From positions 1 to 52,485 of the forward strand of contig CANRGM010000001.1 of assembly GCA_947630155.1 (NCBI GenBank): 52,485 nucleotides of DNA, in the 5' to 3' direction. Positions 1 to 9,623 of this stretch are shown here, one piece after another. This DNA is from an uncultured Clostridia bacterium (lineage in GTDB: Bacteria > Bacillota > Clostridia > TANB77 > CAG-508). The translations under genes were made by a program, and so were the position numbers. Position 1 is the first letter of the stretch. Each line of letters begins with the position of its first letter. The notes beneath the pieces are model-generated. The model did no database searches. It was given only the letters and a program-made list of their open reading frames with translations, and was not told the origin of the DNA.

Positions 1-54
1 CTCTTTTGCTGATATTCCGCTCTTCTTTAAACTAATACCAATATTTGACACCAC
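1..54 (-). CDS. 5' end of an unidentified CDS running off the left window edge (reads VVSNIGISLKKSGISAKE from GTG 54; GTG 51 is an alternative start)
   Basis: Minus-strand GAGGGAG Shine-Dalgarno at 60-66 lies 5-8 nt upstream of the GTG. The frame is open to position 1. A sigma-A-like promoter sits directly upstream. Confidence 0.3.
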   Translation of the reverse strand, partial: MVSNIGISLKKSGISAKE

Positions 55-82
55 AATCACTCCCTCTTTAGTATATGCAATA

Positions 83-111
83 ATTTTATCCCAAGTGCCC
101 CACAATTTCAA
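83..111 (-). promoter_or_regulatory. sigma-A-like promoter for the edge gene: TTGAAA - 17 nt - TAAAAT
   Basis: Minus-strand TTGAAA is forward 106-111, the spacer is 89-105 (17 nt), and TAAAAT is forward 83-88. Confidence 0.45.
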
Positions 112-184
112 GACCAAATTTCTATTTTTTTTTAAATTTAGGAAAAAATCCCAAACAACACCTCCCCCACATAACGCAGCCGAG

Positions 185-456
185 AAATTATATAATAAGT
201 AGACCAGCGTAGACTGGTGTGGATATATATTGTTTTGGAAATGCGGCTTAAGTGGGGACCGACTAGCTACAGAGAGTTATAATTCTGTCAATGGGGACGG
301 AGATTTTTGACACACCTTTTTATTTATTGTGTCAAAAATCTCCGTCCCCATTGACACCCATTGACAAAATTATTACTCTCTGTGCGCTGTTGGGAAGCAT
401 TTCCAAAACAATATATATCCACACCAGTCTACGCTGGTCTACTTATTATAGAATTT
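185..456. repeat. Nested inverted repeat (long hairpin or foldback element), a candidate structured RNA or DNA-level element
   Basis: Outer arms 191-244 and 397-450 are perfectly complementary (54 bp), extending to 185-189/452-456 past one mismatch. The middle helix 269-284/368-383 pairs 15 of 16. Inner arms 286-314 and 328-356 are perfect (29 bp) around a 13-nt loop at 315-327. An asymmetric unpaired region lies at 245-268 versus 384-396. A perfect 10-bp tandem duplication, cccattgaca, sits at 347-356/357-366. Local GC is about 40%, against a much lower background. Confidence 0.9.
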
Positions 457-482
457 CAGGCCCCCAAAACACACACAAAAAC

Positions 483-1646
483 CTACAACTCATCATAAAT
501 TTTACTAAAATACTTCATACTATTCAAACACTCCTCCAAAGTATTCCCTGTAGCCCCAACCTCAATAATACAAGCTGCATTAGCCACCTGATGATTATAC
601 CTAGAATTCCTAACAATAACCGGTTTAAACAAACCAGGATACAACTCATTACCCTTTTGTACAACCTTAATAGCAAATTTCAAATTATTTCTCCAATTAT
701 CATGCTTTAATCCCCCTCCATCAGTTCCAATAACAAACATTAACCTAGCACAATAATCTTCACCAATTTTAACCTTTGGAGCATAAGTATTATCACCAAT
801 AGCATCTCTATGTAAATCAATAACAACATCTGTATCCTGATAACTCTCCAATAAATTTTGAACAGTTATAAGAGATCTATCATAAGAGCCATTATACGCA
901 GGGTAATCATGATAACTCTTATCATGTATAACACTATACCCATAATTTATTAAGTATTTTTCCAACTCATCACCAACTCTAGCAACAGTATAATTTAAAT
1001 CTGTTGTCCTATAATTTCCTGTTGATACATATTGATATTGTTCAGTTGGAGTATAACTCTCACATGTATGAGTATGAAAAATTATAATATTTTGTTTATT
1101 AAAATTAACATCTAAATCTGTAATTTCCGCTTCTAAATTATAATCCGATTCATTCCTAAGTTTTACTCCATATATTTCACACGATGTTTTATCAGCAATG
1201 CTAGACGGAATTTGCTCAACTGTCACTCCAACTTTTGCTTTCTCCAACTCTTCACCTTCAACCTGATTTGCTTCATTTTTTTCACTGCTATCTTCTGATT
1301 CAGCTTGAATCGCGGAATCTTGATTATTATTTATATTACTACTATTATCTAAAAATTTACTATTAGAATTTGTAGTAGCAACAGCCTTAAACATACTAAA
1401 TTCATTATCTAATGTTTTAGTAGCATATCCTTTTTTACCTAAACTAACACTAACTTCTTCATCTTCTCTTAACAATAAGATTTCTTTTTGAAGCATAGCC
1501 AAAAATTTTGAAGCATCAAAAGACAAATTATTATTATTTTTTCTACCATAAAAAAAATTAGTTAAAATAGCTATAATACTAAAAATAATACCAATTTTAA
1601 CTAAATATTTAACTATATCTTTTACTGTTACAACCTTTACCTTCAC
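483..1646 (-). CDS. spoIIP: stage II sporulation protein P (SpoIIP family amidase/endopeptidase)
   Basis: 387-aa ORF with a GTG start preceded by AAAGGAG. It has an N-terminal TM segment and a low-complexity linker. The C-terminal domain carries IIIFHTHTCESYTP and DLHRDAIG-type SpoIIP motifs. Confidence 0.85.
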   Translation of the reverse strand: MKVKVVTVKDIVKYLVKIGIIFSIIAILTNFFYGRKNNNNLSFDASKFLAMLQKEILLLREDEEVSVSLGKKGYATKTLDNEFSMFKAVATTNSNSKFLDNSSNINNNQDSAIQAESEDSSEKNEANQVEGEELEKAKVGVTVEQIPSSIADKTSCEIYGVKLRNESDYNLEAEITDLDVNFNKQNIIIFHTHTCESYTPTEQYQYVSTGNYRTTDLNYTVARVGDELEKYLINYGYSVIHDKSYHDYPAYNGSYDRSLITVQNLLESYQDTDVVIDLHRDAIGDNTYAPKVKIGEDYCARLMFVIGTDGGGLKHDNWRNNLKFAIKVVQKGNELYPGLFKPVIVRNSRYNHQVANAACIIEVGATGNTLEECLNSMKYFSKIYDEL

Positions 1647-1771
1647 TAGAATAATTTCTCCTTTGCATATAATATCCTATAAATATTATATGTCCATGGT
1701 TATAGAAATAGAACTAATGTAGGTTACACAGTCTTTTATGAATAAAATTTCATATTTCAAAATAAATTACA

Positions 1772-2425
1772 TTAATCTAACCTAGGTTTCAACTCCAGAT
1801 AAATAGGTTTTTCTTCCTTTATCATAGTAGCTTTTCCATGTCCGGGATAAACAATAGTTTCATCTGGAAGAACAAGTAATTTTTTTGTAATAGATTCCAT
1901 TATATCTTCCAAACTTCCTGTTGGCAAATCTGTTCTTCCCCATGTTCCTCTAAATAAGGTATCTCCACTAATTAAAAAACTCTCTTGTTTACAATACAAA
2001 CATGTTCCACCTTTTGTATGTCCAGGAGTATGTATTACTTTAAATTCTATGTCACCCAAGTGTAACAAATCTCCCTCATTTAATCTTGAATCTGGTTCAA
2101 AACTTGCATTTATTCCAAGGTAATCTGTTAAACTTATATTAGAATTTGTTAATCCATCAGCATCAAATCTGTGAATTAAAATTTTACCACCTTTTCTTTT
2201 TTGAAGTTCACTTACCCCTCCTATATGGTCACCATGACAATGGGTTAAATATATGTATTTAACCCTAGCATTCAAAATATCTAACATTTCTACAATTTTA
2301 TCAACTTCTGCTCCTGGATCTACAACCATTGTTTCTTTTGTTCTTCTATTTTGTATTATATACACATTTGTAATTAATTGAAATGGAGTTAATACTTTTA
2401 TTCTCTTTAGTATCATTATATACAT
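1772..2425 (-). CDS. MBL-fold metallo-hydrolase (glyoxalase II-like)
   Basis: HCHGDH (HxHxDH) metal-binding motif, then HTPGHTKGG and a late GH motif. 217 aa. Confidence 0.85.
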   Translation of the reverse strand: MYIMILKRIKVLTPFQLITNVYIIQNRRTKETMVVDPGAEVDKIVEMLDILNARVKYIYLTHCHGDHIGGVSELQKRKGGKILIHRFDADGLTNSNISLTDYLGINASFEPDSRLNEGDLLHLGDIEFKVIHTPGHTKGGTCLYCKQESFLISGDTLFRGTWGRTDLPTGSLEDIMESITKKLLVLPDETIVYPGHGKATMIKEEKPIYLELKPRLD

Positions 2426-2436
2426 CTTCTTTCTTT

Positions 2437-4629
2437 TTATTTCTTCCTATTAACTTCATATACATTATCTACTTTTCTTAATGCCTTTAAAACATTATTT
2501 AAATCTTCCAAATTCTCTACTTCAACAGTTACTTCTGTAATTACAGTTTTGTCTTTATTAACCTTTGAACTTATTGCCATTAGCCTTGTTTTTACTGAAG
2601 CAATTTGTTTTATTATATCTGCTAATAGTCCATTTCTGTCATTTGATAAAATTTCAATATCAACATTGTATGAACTTTCTAAATCGTTATACCAATATAC
2701 ATCTATCATTCTATCTTCTTGTGTTATTAAGTCCTTTATATTTGCACAATCTTTTCTATGAACAGAAACGCCTCTACCTCTTGTTACAAAACCTAGTATT
2801 TCATCACCAGGGACAGGATTGCAACACTTTGAAAGTCTAACTAGACAATTATCAATTCCTTTAACAACTACTCCTACATTTGATGGCTTAGTTTTTCTTA
2901 TTTTTTCCTTTGATAATTCTTCTAGTGTTTGTTCTATAAATTCATCTTGATTATCCTTTTTATATGCTTCTAACATTTTTGCTATTATTTTTGTTGCAGA
3001 TATTGCACCAAATCCAACTGCAGAATACATATCTTCAACTGTGTTAAATTTGTATCTATCTAATGCTACCTGAATATATTCATTTCTAAAAAATTTGCTA
3101 TATGGAATACCAATTCTTTTTATTTCTTTCTCAATTGCTACTTTTCCCTTTTCTATATTTTCTGCTCTTTGAGTTTTCTTGAACCATGCAAGTATTTTAT
3201 TTTTTGCACCAGAACTTTTAATAAATTTTAACCAGTCACGACTTGGGCCTTTAGATTGATCTGATGTTATAATTTCAACAATATCACCATTTTTTAGTGT
3301 GGTAATTATAGGCATCATTTTACTATTAATTTTACAACCTGTCATATGATGTCCAATTTCGGCATGAATCATATAAGCAAAATCTATTGGTGTTGCACCT
3401 CTTGGCAATACTTTTATTTGTCCTTTTGGTGTAAATACATATACCTCATCAACAAAAAGTTCTGTTTTTAATGTGTTTAAAAATTCCTGAGGGTCTTGCA
3501 TATCTTTTTGCCATTCTAAAGTTTCTCTAAGCCATGCAAGTTTATCTTCTTTAACTGTTACAGCTGTTTTTTTCTCCTTATTTGCTTCTTTATATGCCCA
3601 GTGTGCCGCAATACCAAATTCAGCTATTCTATGCATTTCCCATGTACGAATTTGAACTTCAAAAGGAGTTCCTTTTGGACCAATTAAGGTTGTATGTAAA
3701 GATTGATACATATTTGGTTTTGGTACAGAAATATAATCTTTAAATCTTCCCGGCATTGGATTGTATAATTCATGTACAACTCCTAAGGCTGCATAGCAAT
3801 CTTTTACATTATCTACTAAAATTCGCAATGCAAATAAATCATATATTTGATCTAAAGATTTGTTGTCTCTTTGCATTTTTCTATATATACTATATAAATG
3901 CTTTGCTCTACCTGTTATCTCTGCCTTAATTTTTTGTCTTTTTAGTTCTTCATTTATTTGATCAACTATAAGATTTATGAATTGTAGTCTTTCTTCTCTT
4001 TTTTTATCTATACCTTCCACTATTTCTCTATATTCATCTGGATTTAGATATTTGAAAGATAAATCCTCTAATTCCCACTTTAAGGAATACATACCTAATC
4101 TATTTGCAAGTGGTGCATATAAATCTTGAGTTTCTTTTGAAATAGCTATTTGCCTATCTCTTTTCAAAAATTTTAAAGTTCTCATGTTATGTAATCTATC
4201 AGCTAGTTTTATTAATATTACTCTGATATCTTTTCCCATTGCTAAAAACATTTTTCTATAATTTTCAACTTGTTGTTCTTCAGCACTTGTATATTTTAAA
4301 TTTCCAAGTTTTGTTACACCATCAACCATTTCTGCAATCTCAGGAGAAAATTCTCGTTCTATATCAGCTATTGTTACATCTGTGTCTTCTGCGACATCAT
4401 GTAATAAAGCTGCACAAATTGTGGCTTCGTCTAGTTCTAACTCAGCTAAAATGTATGCAACTTGAACTGGATGAATAATATATGGCTCTCCTGATTTTCT
4501 AAGCTGTTCTCCATGCTTATCTTTAGCATATTCATATGCTCGTCTTATTAGTTTTAAATCATTTTTTCTGTTATTCCTTTTCATTTTATCTAAAACATCA
4601 TCTATACTAACCTCTTTTACTTCAGACAT
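2437..4629 (-). CDS. relA: bifunctional (p)ppGpp synthetase/hydrolase RelA/SpoT
   Basis: 730 aa. It has the HD hydrolase motif (LLHDVAEDT), a RelA/SpoT synthetase core (YRKMQRD, FDLFALRILV), and TGS and ACT-like C-terminal regions. Confidence 0.95.
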   Translation of the reverse strand: MSEVKEVSIDDVLDKMKRNNRKNDLKLIRRAYEYAKDKHGEQLRKSGEPYIIHPVQVAYILAELELDEATICAALLHDVAEDTDVTIADIEREFSPEIAEMVDGVTKLGNLKYTSAEEQQVENYRKMFLAMGKDIRVILIKLADRLHNMRTLKFLKRDRQIAISKETQDLYAPLANRLGMYSLKWELEDLSFKYLNPDEYREIVEGIDKKREERLQFINLIVDQINEELKRQKIKAEITGRAKHLYSIYRKMQRDNKSLDQIYDLFALRILVDNVKDCYAALGVVHELYNPMPGRFKDYISVPKPNMYQSLHTTLIGPKGTPFEVQIRTWEMHRIAEFGIAAHWAYKEANKEKKTAVTVKEDKLAWLRETLEWQKDMQDPQEFLNTLKTELFVDEVYVFTPKGQIKVLPRGATPIDFAYMIHAEIGHHMTGCKINSKMMPIITTLKNGDIVEIITSDQSKGPSRDWLKFIKSSGAKNKILAWFKKTQRAENIEKGKVAIEKEIKRIGIPYSKFFRNEYIQVALDRYKFNTVEDMYSAVGFGAISATKIIAKMLEAYKKDNQDEFIEQTLEELSKEKIRKTKPSNVGVVVKGIDNCLVRLSKCCNPVPGDEILGFVTRGRGVSVHRKDCANIKDLITQEDRMIDVYWYNDLESSYNVDIEILSNDRNGLLADIIKQIASVKTRLMAISSKVNKDKTVITEVTVEVENLEDLNNVLKALRKVDNVYEVNRKK

Positions 4630-4682
4630 AGCTATTCCCCCCTTTTTTTATAGAAAATTTACTACACATTAGTAATGGGAAA

Positions 4683-6368
4683 TTAGTAAGATTTTCTTAT
4701 ATCCTTTAAATTAATTTGCACACTTTCATGTCCGTTAAATCTATTTACCTCGAGATTTCCCAACACATCAACTTTTTCTCCAAGCAGAAAATCATTTACT
4801 AAATGACCCATATTAAATCCAATAGCATCTATAACTAAATTCTCATCTTTTAATGTTAATTTAAGATGTTTTCCTTCTGATAGAGCTCTGATTGAATTTA
4901 TTCTTAGATTTTTATACATAAATATTGGCATCTTATTCGCTTCTCCAAATGGTTCTAGCATATTTAATTCATTTACAATATTTATATCCATATCTTTAGC
5001 TGTTATTTCTTCGTCAACCTTAACAATTGGAGCTAACTCATTTATATTAGAATCACTAACATATTTCTCAAACTCTTCTTTAAATTTATCAAACTTCTCT
5101 TTTTCAACCGTGATTCCTATAGCCATTGAATGTCCACCAAATCTATCAACATAATTATCGCATTTTGACAAAGCCTCATGTAAGTCAAACCCTGGAATGC
5201 TTCTGCCAGAGCCCTTTCCAATTCCATCTTCATAACAAATTAATATACTTGGTTTATAATACATTTCTGTTACTTTTGAAGATACAATTCCTATTACTCC
5301 ATGGTGCCATCCTTCATCTGCCAATACTATACATGGCTTGTCCTTTTCTGATTTTTCAATTTTAACTAATACTTCTTCAAATATTTTCTTTTCGATCTCT
5401 TGTCTTTTTTTATTGTATTCATTTAATTTTCTAGATATATCTGTAGCTTGTACTATATTATCTGTTAAAAATAACTTTAGTGCTTCTTGCTCAAATCCCA
5501 TTCTTCCACATGCATTTATTCTTGGAGCTACTCCAAAAGATATTGTTGATGAATCAATCTTTTTATATCCTATTGAATTTAATAAAGCCTTCAATCCTAT
5601 ATTTTTAGTAACTTCTACCAGTTTTAAACCTAATTTAGCAATTACCCTATTTTCATCTACTAAAGGGACTATATCTGATATTGTTCCTACACAAACTATA
5701 TCTAAATATTTCAAAAACTCTTTTTCTTCCAAATTATATAATATACTTATAGCTTGTATTAATTTAAATACAACCCCCACTCCTGCTAGTTGATTAAAAG
5801 GATATTCATTATCCTTTCTCTTAGCATCTACTACAGCCAATGCCTTAGGCAAAGTTTCTGCTGGTTCATGGTGATCAGTAACAATTGTTTCCAAACCTAA
5901 ACTATTTGCATATTCAATTTCCTCAATTCCAGAAATTCCGCAATCTACTGTAATCATAAGCTTGTATTCATCTTTAACTATTTTTTCAATTGCATTTTTA
6001 TTTAATCCATAACCTTCATCTAATCTGTTTGGAATATAGCTATCAACTTGTAATCCTCTATCTGCTAAAAATTTTTTTAAAACTGTTATACTAGTTATTC
6101 CATCTACATCATAATCCCCATAAATTATTACCTTTTCCTGATTTTGTATGGCTTTCACAATTCTATCTACTGCGATTTTCATATCAGGCATTAAATATGG
6201 ATCATGGAAATCTTTACGTGTTGGATTTAAAAACACTTCTATTTCTTGTTTTGTTTTTAAGCCTTTATTAACAATTATAGTTGCTAATAATCTACTTACT
6301 CCAAATTCTTCTTGAACTTTTTTTATTTGTTCATTATCTTTTTCATAAAATTCCCATTTCTTATTCAT
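4683..6368 (-). CDS. recJ: single-stranded-DNA-specific exonuclease RecJ
   Basis: 561 aa with DHH-family motifs (IIYGDYDVDGITS, ITVDCG, VTDHHEP) and a DHHA1 region (GGHSMAIG). Confidence 0.95.
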   Translation of the reverse strand: MNKKWEFYEKDNEQIKKVQEEFGVSRLLATIIVNKGLKTKQEIEVFLNPTRKDFHDPYLMPDMKIAVDRIVKAIQNQEKVIIYGDYDVDGITSITVLKKFLADRGLQVDSYIPNRLDEGYGLNKNAIEKIVKDEYKLMITVDCGISGIEEIEYANSLGLETIVTDHHEPAETLPKALAVVDAKRKDNEYPFNQLAGVGVVFKLIQAISILYNLEEKEFLKYLDIVCVGTISDIVPLVDENRVIAKLGLKLVEVTKNIGLKALLNSIGYKKIDSSTISFGVAPRINACGRMGFEQEALKLFLTDNIVQATDISRKLNEYNKKRQEIEKKIFEEVLVKIEKSEKDKPCIVLADEGWHHGVIGIVSSKVTEMYYKPSILICYEDGIGKGSGRSIPGFDLHEALSKCDNYVDRFGGHSMAIGITVEKEKFDKFKEEFEKYVSDSNINELAPIVKVDEEITAKDMDINIVNELNMLEPFGEANKMPIFMYKNLRINSIRALSEGKHLKLTLKDENLVIDAIGFNMGHLVNDFLLGEKVDVLGNLEVNRFNGHESVQINLKDIRKSY

Positions 6369-6454
6369 CCTTTTTCTCCTTAAAATTACATATTTTATGA
6401 TATTGTATACTATTTTTACGAAATTTTAAAGAGTTTTTGACAAAAAAGTATAAG

Positions 6455-7180
6455 TTACAACTTTAATACATCATTATAAGCCACAAAAATGGATAGTGTG
6501 ATTAGAACAAAAAAGCCAGCAGATTGTAGTGCCATCTCAAACTTCTGACTAAATGGTTTTCTACGGATTCCTTCAACAATTAATAACAAAATTTTTCCTC
6601 CATCAAGTGGTGGGAATGGTAACAAATTTGTTACTCCCAAAGATAATGATATAACAGATAAAATATATATAAAATCGGCTATCCCAGATGTTTTGGCAAC
6701 TATATTTGATATTCCTACTGGTCCTGTCATTTGATCTATTGTTACATGTCCAGTAAAAATTTGTGCTATTCCTTCAAACATACTTTTTATAAATAAACCA
6801 ACATTATAAAATGCATTTTGAATTCCTACAAAACTGGCAGATAAACACCAAAAAACTATTATTGCGAAAATAATGTTTACTAATCCTCCTGCTGCTACTA
6901 TTGCAACTCTTTTTATGATGCTTGCTTCACTAAAAGATCCTTCTTGGGTTGAGCGTTCTTCTTCTCCTTCCATACTTACAAATCCCCCCAATGGAATTAA
7001 GCGCAATGCATACTTAGTAATTTTCCCTTGTTTTTTCCAAATTGTTGGTCCAAAACCAATTGCGAACTCATTAACTCTAACTTTACACAATTTTGCCATA
7101 AAAAAATGTCCACTCTCATGAATTAAAACAAGAAATCCCAATAAGAAAATAATTTTTATTGCATTTATAATAACACTCAA
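6455..7180 (-). CDS. M50 site-2 protease (RseP-like), short form without a PDZ domain
   Basis: HESGHFFMAK (HExxH) and NLLPFPPLDGG motifs. It is only 241 aa. About 35 residues separate the TM after the linker from the GPVGIS motif, which leaves no room for a PDZ insert. Confidence 0.8.
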   Translation of the reverse strand: MSVIINAIKIIFLLGFLVLIHESGHFFMAKLCKVRVNEFAIGFGPTIWKKQGKITKYALRLIPLGGFVSMEGEEERSTQEGSFSEASIIKRVAIVAAGGLVNIIFAIIVFWCLSASFVGIQNAFYNVGLFIKSMFEGIAQIFTGHVTIDQMTGPVGISNIVAKTSGIADFIYILSVISLSLGVTNLLPFPPLDGGKILLLIVEGIRRKPFSQKFEMALQSAGFFVLITLSIFVAYNDVLKL

Positions 7181-7203
7181 ATCAAATCCCCCAATTCAAA
7201 TAT

Positions 7204-8007
7204 TTAAATCAACATCAATAAAAAATATGCAAAAGGTGCTATAAATATTACACTATCTATTCTATCTAACATTCCTCCATGTCCAGGAAATAAATTGCTA
7301 AAATCTTTGATTCCTACATATCTTTTTATAGTTGATGCAGAAAAGTCTCCCACTTGTCCTATTAAACTTAAAACAATTCCTATCACACTAATTAAAATAT
7401 AATTTATATCCATGTTATATACATTATTTAAAAATATAGTATATAGTACTGTAAATAGTAATGAACCTAAAGTTCCTCCAATACAGCCTTCTATTGATTT
7501 TTTAGGACTTACTTGGCTAAATTTGTGTTTTCCAAATTTACATCCTATAAAATAGGCAAATACATCAGTTCCCCATGCAGCAAATATTATGTACCATACT
7601 AATAATTTACCATTTGGACGACCCATAAGAGTTGGTATGAATAGTAAAAATATAACTATATAACAGATTCCAAAAAGAGTTAAAGCTATATCAACAATAT
7701 TTATTTTCATGTTTGTGATTATTACATGTAAAAATAATATTAAAATTGTTGTTGGAATTAGTATACCTATTATATTTACTAAATATTCAACTGGAATTAC
7801 ATGTATTAATCCTATTAAACCACATGCTAAATAACCTATCCATAACACCGGTTTTGCCTTTAATTTTAGTGCATTATTATATTCATATAGTGCAAATCCA
7901 GCAGTTAAAGCAAATAAAATATCTATTATATATTTATTTCCAAAAATTAATAAACATGCTACAACAGGGAATCCGATTAATGCTGTTATAATACGTTTCA
8001 TATTCAT
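7204..8007 (-). CDS. cdsA: phosphatidate cytidylyltransferase (CDP-diglyceride synthase)
   Basis: Polytopic protein with the signature STIKRYVGIKDFSNLFPGHGGMLDRIDS. The longest ORF starts at TTG 8022. The ATG at 8007 is preferred because a GGAGG lies 8 nt upstream. Confidence 0.9.
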   Translation of the reverse strand: MNMKRIITALIGFPVVACLLIFGNKYIIDILFALTAGFALYEYNNALKLKAKPVLWIGYLACGLIGLIHVIPVEYLVNIIGILIPTTILILFLHVIITNMKINIVDIALTLFGICYIVIFLLFIPTLMGRPNGKLLVWYIIFAAWGTDVFAYFIGCKFGKHKFSQVSPKKSIEGCIGGTLGSLLFTVLYTIFLNNVYNMDINYILISVIGIVLSLIGQVGDFSASTIKRYVGIKDFSNLFPGHGGMLDRIDSVIFIAPFAYFLLMLI

Positions 8008-8008
8008 A

Positions 8009-8719
8009 CTATTTTCCTCCAAACTTTCTATTTCTTTTGTTAAATGTTTCTATAGCTTCTAATAAATCTTCTTTTTTAAAATCTGGCCAATATTTATTTG
8101 TAAAATAGAATTCTGTATATACAAGTTGCCATGGTAGGAAGTTACTTGTGCGTAATTCTCCTCCTGGTCTAATTAATAAATCTGGGTCTGGCTGATTTTC
8201 TGTATATAAATTTTGCTGGATTAATTTTTCATCAATATCAGCTATATTTATTTCACCATTTTTTATTTTTGTAGCAATTTTTTTCATTGCATACACTATT
8301 TCTGCTCTTCCACCATAATTAAAAGCAATATTTAATGTAAGACCTGTACAGTTCTTAGTTTTTTCTATGGCTTTATTTATACTTTTCTTTAAACTATTAT
8401 CTAAAATTTCAATATCTCCTAAAATTTTTATTTTTATATTATCCTCATTTGCACTTTTTGAAAATTTGTTTAGATAATTATTTAATAATATCATTAAAGA
8501 TGAGACTTCCTGTTCACTTCTTTTCCAATTTTCAGTTGAAAATGCATATACAGTTAGGATTTTAACACCTATTTTATTGCAGTATTTGGCAAGTATTTCT
8601 AAATTTTCTGCCCCTGCTCTATGTCCATCTGCTGCCAATTTTCCATTTTCTTTTGCCCAACGCCTATTTCCATCCATAATAATTGCTATGTGCTGAGGTA
8701 TTTTTGTTGTATTTTCCAT
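8009..8719 (-). CDS. uppS: undecaprenyl diphosphate synthase (cis-prenyltransferase)
   Basis: Carries the IIMDGNRRWA motif and the FSTENWKR and RTSNFLPWQ motifs. 236 aa. Confidence 0.95.
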   Translation of the reverse strand: MENTTKIPQHIAIIMDGNRRWAKENGKLAADGHRAGAENLEILAKYCNKIGVKILTVYAFSTENWKRSEQEVSSLMILLNNYLNKFSKSANEDNIKIKILGDIEILDNSLKKSINKAIEKTKNCTGLTLNIAFNYGGRAEIVYAMKKIATKIKNGEINIADIDEKLIQQNLYTENQPDPDLLIRPGGELRTSNFLPWQLVYTEFYFTNKYWPDFKKEDLLEAIETFNKRNRKFGGK

Positions 8720-8731
8720 AATAACTCCTTT

Positions 8732-9613
8732 TTATTTATTTCTATTTGCAATATATAAAGCTAACTCCCTTAGAAATTCGCTATTATCAAATTCACTTAT
8801 AATTTCAATTGCTTCATTTGTTATTTCATTTAATATCTGTTGTGCCTTTTCTAAACCATACTTGGTAGTATATGTACATTTTTCTCTTTCTTTATCATTT
8901 CCAACTGGTTTTCCTATTTCTTTTGCATCACCAATTTCTGATAATATATCATCTTTAATTTGAAATGCTAATCCTATTTTTTCTGCATAAATGGTTAATT
9001 TATCAATATCTTCTTGACTAGCTCCAGCCAAAATAGCACCTATTTTAACAGATGCTTTTATTAAAGCTCCTGTTTTATTTTTATGAATATACTCTAAATA
9101 CTCACTTAAAATTTCTTTTCCTTCATATTCTGTATCTACATATTCACCTGCAATCATCCTATCAGTTCCATAGGATAACTCGTAAAGTGCTTGTAATTTT
9201 CTTTCTTTAATTTCATTATTATTAATAATATCATTCAGTACTAAATTATATGCGTAATTTAATAAACTATCACCTGCAAGTATTGCAGTGGCTTCATTAA
9301 ACTTCTTGTGATTAGTTAATTTTCCTCTTCTATAATCATCATTATCTATTCCTGGCAAATCATCATGAATTAAAGAAAAAGTATGTATCATTTCCATGGC
9401 TACATCGAAAATAAATGTTTTTTCTATATCTTCTCTAAACAATTCGTATGTAGAAATTATTAATATTGGTCTTATTCTTTTTCCTCCAGCCATTAAACTA
9501 TATTCTACAGACGAATTTAAAATCTTTTCTGGACACTCTTGACTTCTTATATATCTTTTTAGTAAATCATTTATTAATTCAGATTTTTTATTTAATTCTT
9601 CCTTAAAATTCAT
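8732..9613 (-). CDS. trans-polyprenyl (farnesyl/geranylgeranyl) diphosphate synthase, IspA-like
   Basis: First Asp-rich motif is LIHDDLPGIDNDDYRRG and the second is FQIKDDILS. The ATG at 9613 is preferred (AAGGTGGGA RBS) over the GTG at 9631, which overlaps frr. Confidence 0.85.
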   Translation of the reverse strand: MNFKEELNKKSELINDLLKRYIRSQECPEKILNSSVEYSLMAGGKRIRPILIISTYELFREDIEKTFIFDVAMEMIHTFSLIHDDLPGIDNDDYRRGKLTNHKKFNEATAILAGDSLLNYAYNLVLNDIINNNEIKERKLQALYELSYGTDRMIAGEYVDTEYEGKEILSEYLEYIHKNKTGALIKASVKIGAILAGASQEDIDKLTIYAEKIGLAFQIKDDILSEIGDAKEIGKPVGNDKEREKCTYTTKYGLEKAQQILNEITNEAIEIISEFDNSEFLRELALYIANRNK

Positions 9614-9623
9614 AAATCCCACC

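Noticed and set aside
185-456. Reading the nested hairpin as a plain intrinsic terminator of spoIIP, or as 6S RNA or SRP RNA
   Set aside because: No U-tract follows either stem on either strand. The element is far longer than a terminator. The 54-bp and 29-bp arms pair perfectly, unlike the bulged, G-U-containing helices of 6S or SRP RNAs, and I saw no conserved SRP domain-IV or 6S bubble motifs. It is kept as an unexplained element instead.
291-710. 139-aa plus-strand ORF in the supplied track
   Set aside because: It starts inside the inner hairpin arm, has no RBS, and runs antisense through the 3' end of spoIIP. Its composition is that of an AT-rich shadow frame.
5338-5793. 151-aa plus-strand ORF, and the similar 60-125-aa ORFs opposite relA, recJ, cdsA, pyrH, the GT genes and the 982-aa gene
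   Set aside because: All lie antisense to, or in another frame within, genes that carry strong family motifs. None has a convincing RBS or a recognisable domain.
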